Assembly: GCA_032718475.1 (NCBI GenBank)
Contig: JAUCBJ010002425.1
Span: 20,604 to 84,603 of the forward strand
Direction: 5' to 3'
Length of the DNA stretch: 64,000 nt
Source of the DNA: Nemertoderma westbladi
Taxonomy: Eukaryota > Animalia > Xenacoelomorpha
A program made the position numbers and the translations under genes. The notes under the pieces were generated by a model. The model was not told where the DNA came from. It worked only from the letters and a program-made list of their open reading frames with translations, and did no database searches. Shown in pieces: positions 25,858 to 36,252 of the stretch. How positions within the stretch are numbered: position 1 is the first letter of the stretch; every line of letters starts with the position of its first letter.

Positions 25858-28800
25858 AGCAGCTTGGTCTAGTGGTGACATTCATGGGTTCCCAATTAGG
25901 AAGCCCTGGTTCGAACCCTAGATGGGGCAGCACTGTTTGGGCGCAGTGCTTTAAATGCTGCAGCCTAGCCCAACCCTGGCTTTCATCATGGGAACCATAA
26001 ATGGGAACCAAGGCAACTTGGGAAACAGAGTGGAAGGGTTTACTGTGGAAGATCACCCATGGTGGTGAACAGGCATTCCTTTAGGAAACAGAGTGGAAGG
26101 GTTTACTGTGGAAGATCACCCATTGTGGTGAACAGGCATTCCTTTAGGAAACAGAGTGGAAGGGTTTACTGTGGAAGATCACCCATGGTGGTGAACAGGC
26201 ATTCCTCTAGGAAACAGAGTGGAGGGTTTACTGTGGAAGATCACCCATGGTGGTGAACAGGCATTCCTTTAGGAAACAGAGTGGAAGGGTTTACTGTGGA
26301 AGATCACCCATGGTGGTGAACAAGCATTCCTTTAGGAAACAGAGTGGAAGGGTTTACTGTGGAAGATCACCTATGGTGGTGAACAGGCATTCCTTTAGGA
26401 AACAGAGTGGAAGGGTTTACTGTGGAAGATCACCCATGGTGGTGAACAGGCATTCCTTTAGGAATCAGAGTGGAAGGGTTTACTGTGGAAGATCACCCAT
26501 GGTGGTGAACAGGTATTCCTTTATTAAACAGAGTGGGAGGGTTTATACTGTGGAAGATCACCCATGGTGGTGAACAGGCATTCCTTTAGGAAACAGAGTG
26601 GAAGGGTTTACTGTGGAAGATCACTCATGGTGGTGAACAGGCATTCCTTTATTAAACAGAGTGGGAGGGTTTATACTGTGGAAGATCACCCATGGTGGTG
26701 AACAGGCATTCCTTTAGGAAACAGAGTGGAAGGGTTTACTGTGGAAGATCACCCATGGTGGTGAACAGGCATTCCTTTAGGAAACATAGTGGAAGGGTTT
26801 ACTGTGGAAGATCACCCATGGTGGTGAACATGCATTCCTCTAGGAAACATAGTGGAGGGTTTACTGTGGAAGATCACCCATGGTGGTGAACAGGCATTCC
26901 TTTAGGAAACAGAGTGGAAGGGCTTACTGTGGAAGATCACCCATGGTGGTGAACAGGCATTCCTCTACGAAACAGAGTGAAGGGTTTACTGTGGAAGATC
27001 ACCCATGGTGGTGAACAGGCATTCCTTTAGGGAACAGAGTGGAAGGGTTTACTGTGGAAGATCACCCATGGTGGTGAACAGGCATTCCTCCAGGAAACAG
27101 AGTGGAGGGTTTACTGTGGAAGATCACCCATGGTGGTGAACAGGCATTCCTTTAGGAAACAGAGTGGAAGGGTTTACTGTGGAAGATCACCCATGGTGGT
27201 GAACAGGCATTCCTTTAGGAAACAGAGTGGAAGGGTTTACTGTGGAAGATGACCCATGGTGGTGAACAGGTATTCCTTATTAAACAGAGTGGGAGGGTTT
27301 ATACTGTGGAAGATCACCCATGGTGGTGGACCGGCATTCCTTTATGAAACAGAGTGGAAGGGTTTACTGTGGAAGATCACCCATGGTGGTGAACAGGCAT
27401 TCATTTGGGAAACAGAGTGGAAGGGTTTACTGTGGAAGATCACCCATGGTGGTGAACAGGCATTCCTTTAGGAAACAGAGTGGAAGGGTTTACTGTGGAA
27501 GATCACCCATGGTGGTGAACAGGCATTCCTCTAGGAAACAGAGTGGAGGGTTTACTGTGGAAGATCACCCATGGTGGTGAACAGGCATTCCTTTAGGAAA
27601 CAGAGTGGAAGGGTTTACTGTGGAAGATCACCCATGGTGGTGAACAGGCATTCCTCCAGGAAACAGAGTGGAGGGTTTACTGTGGAAGATCACCCATGGT
27701 GGTGAACAGGCATTCCTTTAGGAAACAGAGTGGAAGGGTTTACTGTGGAAGATCACCCATGGTGGTGAACAGGCATTCCTTTAGGAAACAGAGTGGAAGG
27801 GTTTACTGTGGAAGATCACCCATGGTGGTGAACAGGCATTCCTTTAGGAAACAGAGTGGAAGGGTTTACTGTGGAAGATCACCCATGGTGGTGAACAGGT
27901 ATTCCTTTATTAAACAGAGTGGGAGGGTTTATACTGTGGAAGATCACCCATGGTGGTGGACCGGCATTCCTTTATGAAACAGAGTGGAAGGGTTTACTGT
28001 GGAAGATCACCCATGGTGGTGAACAGGCATTCATTTAGGAAACAGAGTGGAAGGGTTTACTGTGGAAGATCACCCATGGTGGTGAACAGGCATTCCTTTA
28101 GGAAACAGAGTGGAAGGGTTTACTGTGGAAGATCATCCATGGTGGTGAACAGGCATTCATTTAGGAAACAGAGTGGAAGGGTTTACTGTGGAAGATCACC
28201 CATGGTGGTGAACAGGCATTCCTTTAGGAAACAGAGTGGAAGGATTTACTGTGTAAGTTCACCCATGGTGGTGAACAGGCATTCCTATAGGAAACAGAGT
28301 GGAAGGGTTTACTGTGGAAGATCATCTATGGTGGTGAACAGGTATTCCTTTATTAAACAGAGTGGGAGGGTTTATACTGTGGAAGATCACCCATGGTGGT
28401 GGACCGGCATTCCTTTATGAAACAGAGTGGAAGGGTTTACTGTGGAAGATCACCCATGGTGGTGAACAGGCATTCATTTAGGAAACAGAGTGGAAGGGTT
28501 TGCTGTGGAAGATCACCCATGGTGGTGAACAGGCATTCCTTTAGGAAACAGAGTGGAAGGGTTTACTGTGGAAGATCACCCATGGTGGTGAACAGGCATT
28601 CATTTAGGAAACAGAGTGGAAGGGTTTACTGTGGAAGATCACCCATGGTGGTGAACAGGCATTCCTTTAGGAAACAGAGTGGAAGGGTTTACTGTGGAAG
28701 ATCATCCATGGTGGTGAACAGGCATTCATTTAGGAAACAGAGTGGAAGGGTTTACTGTGGAAGATCACCCATGGTGGTGAACAGGCATTCCTTTAGGAAA

Positions 28801-29570
28801 CAGAGTGGAAGGATTTACTGTGTAAGTTCACCCATGGTGGTGAACAGGCATTCCTTTAGGAAACAGTGTGGAAGGGTTTACTGTGGAAGATCACCCATGG
28901 TGGTGAACAGGTATTCCTTTATTAAACAGAGTGGGAGGGTTTATACTGTGGAAGATCACCCATGGTGGTGGACCGGCATTCCTTTATGAAACAGAGTGGA
29001 AGGGTTTACTGTGGAAGATCACCCATGGTGGTGAACAGGCATTCATTTAGGAAACAGAGTGGAAGGGTTTGCTGTGGAAGATCACCCATGGTGGTGAACA
29101 GGCATTCCTTTAGGAAACAGAGTGGAAGGGTTTACTGTGGAAGATCACCCATGGTGGTGAACAGGCATTCATTTAGGAAACAGAGTGGAAGGGTTTACTG
29201 TGGAAGATCACCCATGGTGGTGAACAGGCATTCCTTTAGGAAACAGAGTGGAAGGATTTACTGTGTAAGTTCACCCATGGTGGTGAACAGGCATTCCTTT
29301 AGGAAACAGAGTGGAAGGGTTTACTGTGGAAGATCACCCATGGTTGTGGAACGGCATTCCTTTAAGAAACAGAGTGGAAGGGTTTACTGCGGAAGATCAC
29401 CCATGGTGGTGAACAGGCATTCCTTTAGGAAACAGAGTGGAAGGGTTTATTGTGGAAGATCACCCATGGTTGTGAACAGGCATTCCTTTATGAAACAGAG
29501 TGGAAGGGTTTACTGCGGAAGATCACCCATGGTTGTGAACAGGCATTCATTGGCTTAATGAGCCTAAAAT
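25858..29570 (+). mobile_element. tRNA-derived SINE with an internal 63-bp tandem expansion
   Basis: A box TGGTCTAGTGG (~25866) and B box GGTTCGAACCC (~25908); body with TAAATGGGAACC (CORE-like) running into the first array unit; after the array it resumes CATTGGCTTAATGAGCCTAAAATAA. Confidence 0.7.
26021..29548 (+). repeat. 63-bp tandem satellite, ~56 copies
   Basis: Unit GGAAACAGAGTGGAAGGGTTTACTGTGGAAGATCACCCATGGTGGTGAACAGGCATTCCTTTA, head-to-tail with no spacers. Confidence 0.97.
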
Positions 29571-29917
29571 AATCTCCCATTCATTCACAATTGCATTCAA
29601 TTGAATTGTTTGGGTTTAAGAGGTTGGGCGTTGTTTGGGATAAGATTGTTTTTGTTAGGAGGTTAGGTGTTGTTTGGGTTAGTTATTTACAATTACTATT
29701 TACCCATCCACCTAATAGTGGCATTAAACAGATTCTTCGCCAACTACGTGGGTCGCCCCACACCTGCTACATTGGAACTATATTCGCTTCCATTGGAACT
29801 AAATACGCTTGCATCGGAACTAAGTTCGCATCCATTGGAACTAAGTTCGCATCCATTGCAACTAAATTCGCATGCATTGGAATTAAATTCGTTTTCGTTT
29901 TTGTCTAGTTATTGGAA

Positions 29918-30085
29918 CAAGGTGTACTAAATACTGTAACAGGTCATGCAGCGAGCGGATTGCTGAAATTAGCAGAGGCCGATCTTTCTCTATTTATGGC
30001 ACTTTTTTCATAATATTTCCTTAGAAACTTCTTATATGGTACTTTTGTTAGGTGGATATGATGACTATAGGGTTCATAGAAATGC
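29918..30085 (+). mobile_element. Solo end of the CAAGGTGTACTAAATA TIR family (full copy 41959-45381)
   Basis: CAAGGTGTACTAAATA..ACAGGTCA.GCAGCGAGCGGATTGCTGAAATTAGC..GGTTCATAGAAATG matches 41959-42121. Confidence 0.75.
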
Positions 30086-30990
30086 AGGGTTTTTTTTGAA
30101 AATTTGTTGATGGCGCTGTCGGCGCCATCGATCAAACTTTCTAAGGCACCATAGACAATACTACCACTACTAGGACTAACGTCATACAAAGGTATTCCAG
30201 TATTCCAATATCAAAAACAATACTGCAATATACTGATATAGGACATTTCAAAGTTAATAGGCTTACCTGCCTGCCAGCCTACTGGCAGACTGGCCTAGCT
30301 GCCTAGGCTACTGTAATATGCAGTGCACTATACTGCTATACACTATACCAGTATACCTGTCAGCCTGTCTGCCTGTCAGAGCTGTACAGCTGTAGGTATA
30401 CTATACAGCTACAGACTGACAGAGCTAGTACCGTACTGCAGTACTGGACTGGTACTGTCAGACTGTAACTGTAGTAATGGCAAATGGATATACTGATATA
30501 ACTAACTAGGCGTAGGCCTACACAACTATAGTTCAGTAGTTCAGTAGGCCTAGTTCAGTAGTTAGATAGTACAGTAGTCAGGTAGTACATCTGTATAGCT
30601 GTATATTAGGCCTACCCGCTACCCCTACAGCCCTACATACAGTACAGCAGTAAAAACATGTAACCAATCTCTGAATCTGGCTGTCTCGGCACCAACACAG
30701 TTTATTTGTACCGTCAACTCACACATTCACACACAATTCAGCAATTGAATCATTCATTAGGCAGTTAGGCCTAATATTTGTTAAGCAGTCAAAAGACAAA
30801 ACATTAAATAAATTAATATGGCAGTATGCGGGCGAATGCGAATAGACTTGGCTGCTTGGTCTGTCAACTGTTGGAAGGTCTGAAGGTGGATACATGACCG
30901 AACGTAATCAGTTTCTGATCGAATGTAACATACGGTAGTTATTACGTATCGAACGTAACTGCAATTATGTTGTTGAACTGTTGGATCTTA

Positions 30991-32900
30991 CAGTCAGTGA
31001 GAAGTCAAAAATTGGACTTCAAGTCCAATTTTAGACTTCAAGTCCAATTTTAGACTTCAAGTCCAATTTTGGACTCCAAAGTCCAATATTGGACTTTAGT
31101 ACAACTCCAAGTGTACCCATGCTGCCATACTGTATATCGGTATTTCAGTATTTCAATCAAAACTGCATCCTGTATCAGTACCGGTACATATATATTACAT
31201 AATTACAATGCAACATCATTTTAATGATCAAATTAATTATTATAAGTATTATAAGCTGATAAGCAGGGATCGCAGATCGCACACGTACAGTCAGACATCA
31301 GTAGTTACTTTTTGCGGTAGTGGTATGGCTTTGCAGTAGCCTTATGCCTTACTAGGCAGCTAGGCCTACCTTAATGGTGTATACCGCGGTAGCGAGTTTT
31401 AGCTGTATAGTTCATTCATACCCATACCTGTGGTATTTTCGTATGGCAAAAATAAGACTACTGTAAACTGTAACCTAATATGTTATTGAGTTAATGTTTA
31501 TTGACTAATTGTTTTGATTAGGTTCACTGTTTGACTGACAGGCTGTGTCAAGTAGGCCTACAATGCACACATCTCCAACCAGACACTATATAACATTGGA
31601 GTTGGAGGTGTCTCATTAGTTCCCCCAAGCTTGACACTAGAACAAAGCCGCCTCCGCTTTGCAGGACATTGCTTTCGCCCTGAGGACCAGCCTGTGCACC
31701 TCATGGAGTAAATAAGCATGGTGGACAGCCCATGACTTTCTTGAGACGCATCTTTCTTACTGTCTCAAAGGACACTGGCCTTGAAGATGCGGATGATCTA
31801 GCAAATGTCATGGGTGATAAGGCTGTAAGAGTGTAAGGGAGTTGTGGAGGCGTTAATAGGGCCTATATACAGATATATATAATGCAGCTGCAATGCAGCA
31901 TGCCGATTGCTGGATTGTAGTTAGTAGTATGTGGTGATAGGGCTCCTTCAATTGGTAAAGTCAAAGTGGCCGTTTATTGTATAAGTTAGAAAAGCCTGCC
32001 TCTGTATCTGTAACCTGTTCCTTTCCCTCAATTGGTTTATGACGTGTGTTACTTCTGTACTTATTATGTCTGTATGTGGAAACCCCAACACGTTAATCAG
32101 TTAATCCCCTTTCATTATCCAGCCGTTTTAAAATACCCTTCCTGTTGTATGGAAAAATTAGAAGAGATGGTGGTAGCATCAACTTGTAGTATTTCTTTCT
32201 GATAGGGCTCCCATATCGTAGATTGTACTGTGTACTGTCAGACTGTAGTTAGCCTTAGCAGCAGCTGCAGTTGGCAAACCTGACATTGCTACCAGTTTCC
32301 ACCAAATATAATTTGTAATTAAATATTTCTTGGAGCATAATCTAATCTAGTCCTAAAGACTTTAAAGTCCTGGGTACATAATGCTGTAAGGTTAGACATA
32401 ACATGAATGTAAACTAAACAATATGCTAAAAGTAAAGTACAAAGTACCTAGAATGCTAGAATGTACCATTATATTCTAAGTACAGTACACTGAAGATACA
32501 TACAGAGCTGCAAAGGTAACTTTCCATAACTTAATAGCTGTCTGGCTGTCTATCATCTGTTATGATTCATGTATATTTAAGTTTGATTGTCAATGTCGCG
32601 TCCAAAATTGGACTTAAACAGTTAAAGTCCAATATTGGACTTTTGTAAAAATTCAAAGCCTTATAAAAAAAGTTCCCCCTGGTGAATTTCAGGTCCCCCT
32701 GTTCAAATTCAAAACTCTTATTTTTTGATATATTTTCGATTAAAAAAAAAAAATCCCGCCCGATCCAATTACCCAAGGCCCTGGAACAATTGGCTGATAT
32801 GAAGTCCAATATTGGACTCGCAGAAGTCCAATTTTGGACTTGAACTGGAGTCTAAGTCCAATTTTGGACTCAAGTCCAATTTTTGACTTCTCACCGACTG
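30991..32900. mobile_element. Non-autonomous TIR element with 5-bp TSD and AAGTCCAAT subterminal repeats (superfamily uncertain)
   Basis: TIRs CAGTC(A/G)GTGAGAAGTCAAAAATTGGACTT; TSD TCTTA at 30986-30990 and 32901-32905. Confidence 0.8.
31548..31850 (+). pseudogene. RTE-like LINE 3' fragment
   Basis: Reads NAHISNQTLY..LEQSRLRFAGHCFRPEDQPVH, the RTE C-terminal RLRWAGHV-R-type motif; homologous to the reverse complement of 61620-61745. Confidence 0.6.
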
Positions 32901-33729
32901 TCTTACTGTCTTATACTGTTATAACTAGGCCTATGTTACATTGGATCTACAAATTACTAAGCTCGAATGCAGGAATGTAACATTGCCATTTACAGATTTA
33001 AAGGAGCAGGTTACAGACTGACAGAGGCGGATGCGTGGTGTTGGGGGAACCAAAACAATAAACGAAAGTTAGCACATGTTACAAGATTATGCAGGTTACT
33101 TTTATTTAAAGGCTGAAAGGAGCAGGTTACAGAGGCGTGTTGGTGGAACCAAAACAATAAACGAAATAACTTTCGTTTATTGTTTTGGTTCCAGAAATGT
33201 TACAAGATTATGCAGGTTACTTAATTGGGTATTGTGTCTTTGTTTTGTACTCACCAACACCAAACTGTTTCTTCCTGTAAATAAACGAAGCATCTCATCG
33301 GTTAACTCCTGAAATCAAAACACAACTGGAAATAAATGTATGTTACATTCGAGCTTAGTAATTCTGTAATTTGTAACATAGTAGGTCTATAGGATCAGGA
33401 TCCAATGTAACATAATTGAGGTTAGGTACCGTACGTTCGATTCGTAAAAACTATGTTACATTTGATCCTGATTACGTTCGGTCTGTCACCCTCGGAAGGT
33501 GGGGCGAATCGGTCAACTGACAAAGTCGATTGGCCCAAGTCCATATTCCCCTAAAATCTGCGGCGAAAATAATTGTGCCGAATAGGTCGAGGCAGCGAGG
33601 GGCGAATCACTCGCACCCGGCCTACGCGCTACGCCTACCTCTATCAGTTGTCATTGTCAGTCTGTCCACTGTCTGTCACGTCAGTCTGTTCGCTGTAGCT
33701 ACCTATTCATCAGTTCATATTACATCGTT

Positions 33730-34170
33730 ATGCAGTCTCCTGGGTTCTCTGTTCCACGATCAGGATTAATGCAAAATCGAGAAGCTCAGCTCAAAACGTA
33801 TTCCCGAAGACTTAAAGACGACATTCGCTCAATTTTGGACAACTACAGTGAAATATTGAAACTAACTAAAGTACAAGAGGATAATCAGGTTAACCGAACA
33901 ACCCAACAGCAGGAAGAATTATACGAAACGCAGGTTCGTTCTTCTAACATCGTCCGCGCTTGTGAATCGCTCATAAAACTCATATCTGATCTCAAACAGT
34001 ATCTGATTCTTAACGACTTTACCTCGGTAAACGAAGCAATTGCCAACAGTAACCACAGACTTAGAACCACTCAAGCGGAGTACGACAGCAAACTGAGTCA
34101 GTTACGGGAGGAATTATCCATGGATTTGTACGAACTTGAGGAAGAGTGGTACAGTTCGCGGCATAAATGA
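33730..34170 (+). CDS. MED22: Mediator complex subunit 22 (Surfeit 5), intronless
   Basis: LKTYSRRLKDDIRSILDNYSEILK..ETQVRSSNIVRACESLIKLISDLKQYLILNDFTSVNEAI..DLYELEEEWYSS matches MED22. Alternative ATG at 33769. Confidence 0.95.
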   Translation: MQSPGFSVPRSGLMQNREAQLKTYSRRLKDDIRSILDNYSEILKLTKVQEDNQVNRTTQQQEELYETQVRSSNIVRACESLIKLISDLKQYLILNDFTSVNEAIANSNHRLRTTQAEYDSKLSQLREELSMDLYELEEEWYSSRHK

Positions 34171-34186
34171 ATTGTTTGATAGGGGA

Positions 34187-35156
34187 ATGGAGACGATTAC
34201 TAGAATCGTTATAGACGAGATCGCATTGGAGGGGTTGGATGGGATAACCCTGGAGACTTTATGGAATCGGCTCGACGCTAGAGACGATAAATTACCTTGT
34301 GGGAAGGTTAACGAGAGAATTAAGGAACTAGTTTGGGAGATCGTGGTTCACCACAAAGACGTTGATTTCTACCAACTACCTGAACCACGGCAGACTCTCG
34401 TACCGCTCACTAGATTTGGAACGGGTGGAATGTTCGTTGAGACTTCCTCCAAACAATCCATCGAGATCTACCCGATATCTATCTCTAACGAGCTGGACGT
34501 CTGGGGTTCCTGCAGTTCTCTGGACACAAGAGTCGATGTATCAGAGGCGGTTCGCGTTGCTACGTTCCCCACTGTTCTCAAACAGTTTGGGAACTCTTTG
34601 GTTCTCGTCGCGACACAACAGCGAAGGTTCGTTGCTTTGCTAGGTGACAACGTAGAGTATCTTTCCCGCGCCGAGGAACTAACTCCTGTGAAGTACTGCG
34701 TTCTGGAATGGATCTCCCGTATGCGAACCAACGGGGAACTAAACCACACGGTCTACGCCAAACTCTTTCCAATGGACCCCAAATCGTTGTTCCACGTCTT
34801 AAAGAAGTTCGTCGAATGGAAACTCGTAGTAAAGAGTCGAGGTATGTCCTTCTCTATGGACGGGACTCGTTGTGGTCACATAGTTACCTTGGTAACTCGA
34901 ACTCGTTTCTACCGGCCATTCATCAGCAGGAGCGATATAATATCCGAGAAGATCTCCAACTTCCTGTTGACGCAACCCAATAAGTCGGGGCGACGAGTCG
35001 ATATATTCAAAGCGGTGGTGGATCGCGATACCTCCCAGAAGGAGATTAAGAACATGGTGGAGACGTTGAGTCGAACTAAGTACCTCATCCATGGGAAGTC
35101 CGCGATTCCACGCAAATCCAAACTGCCAAAGAAGAATAAAGATGTAGTAATCCAAG
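34187..35156 (+). CDS. GTF3C1: General transcription factor IIIC subunit 1 (B-box binding), exon 1
   Basis: METITRIVIDEIALEGLDGITLETLWNRL matches the GTF3C1 N-terminus (LLDEVALEGLDG..LWSRL); YCVLEWISRMRTNGE..MDPKSLFH is B-block-binding winged-helix-like; phase-1 donor CAAG|GTGGGT at 35157. Confidence 0.88.
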
Positions 35157-35925
35157 GTGGGTGATTCAAACCTAGTTCTTTAGTCCCAGGAAATCTAACT
35201 TGAAATCCAACTGAACTCACCGAAGGCTATAAGCAGTAAGGCTTGCAAATCTTTACCCCACAGCGCCTTTCATACTAACCACAACCAGCACTGACAGTTT
35301 GCAGTAGATTAAAATATTTACTTATTAAATGTATTATTGTCAAAAATATAATTGTGATTCCGACCCATTTGAAAATAATAATTATTTATTAGTAGGTATA
35401 GATAGTAACGGGGTCTTTACACTATGCGGAAAATCAAGCCGCTTAATAATAGATTAATTCGCGTTTATAAACGTTAATTAAATCAAATATTAATTCAAAA
35501 ATAAATTAAATCAAAATCATAACAAAAAGTATATAGTAGTACTGTAAGTATATATTCTTATGTATTCTTCTGTGAAGAACCTGCGAAAGATCAGTTTCCC
35601 GCAGGAACCTGATCGATCAACCTAATTCAAAGATCAGGTTCCCACTACAGTTTCCCTATCCAACAAAGATTTTACTGATGTGTCCGATAATGTTCCTCCC
35701 ATCCGCCGTGCATATTTGTGCAGAACTACACAAGCTTTAACAGCATTCTCCGGGTATTTGGGTGGCATTTGTATTGGCTGAAAAAATAATCAAAAAAATA
35801 ATTTAATATATAATAAATATGGGCGTAAGTAGACCAAACGCATTCTCGATCACTCGTCTGGCTCGAGACAATCGGTAGTCGTACACTCACTGATAGCGCA
35901 GAAGATTTGATCCGGGTGGTGGGGG

Positions 35926-36160
35926 TTTCATCGCCCACCAAAACATGCTCAAATTCACCTTGACCATGTACGATAGTCTACGGAGAGGTAAGACCGATGG
36001 TTCCACTAAATAGTGCTTCTAGAGTACAAGAACAGAAAATTCCTGCGTCATTCAGTGAGCTATAATTTCCAATACCAACTATTATAGTGGAATAGTAATA
36101 TCCATCACAGGCAGCCAACAACACAACACTGTAGAACCCTTTGTAGTTATAGTTTATAGT
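35926..36160 (-). pseudogene. PIF/Harbinger DDE transposase (DDE_Tnp_4/HARBI1-like) remnant
   Basis: NYKGFYSVVLLAACDGYY..VGIGNYSSLNDAGIF and VGDE motifs; possible degenerate Harbinger-type ends GGGTCTTTACACTA (35411) and TAGTGGGAAGGCCC (39641-39654). Confidence 0.75.
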
Positions 36161-36252
36161 TGTCGTATAGTTATAGTATAACACTAATATAAACTGTTTC
36201 TAGAGTGTACATATGAAAATGGTGCAAAATTGAAACATTGCATACGTTTACA

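Noticed and set aside
25858-25930. Functional tRNA genes here, at 22445-22535 or at 39083-39150
   Set aside because: A and B boxes are present but I could not form a proper acceptor stem and anticodon arm; treated as tRNA-derived heads. tRNAscan-SE would settle it.
26021-29548. CRISPR-like array or repeat-protein ORFs (MVVNRHSFRKQSGRVYCGRSP)n
   Set aside because: Units are head-to-tail with no unique spacers and no cas genes; ORFs arise because 63 is divisible by 3 and are broken by frequent indels.
34136-34186. TTG-start extension making GTF3C1 overlap MED22
   Set aside because: Non-ATG start from the ORF caller; homology begins at ATG 34187.
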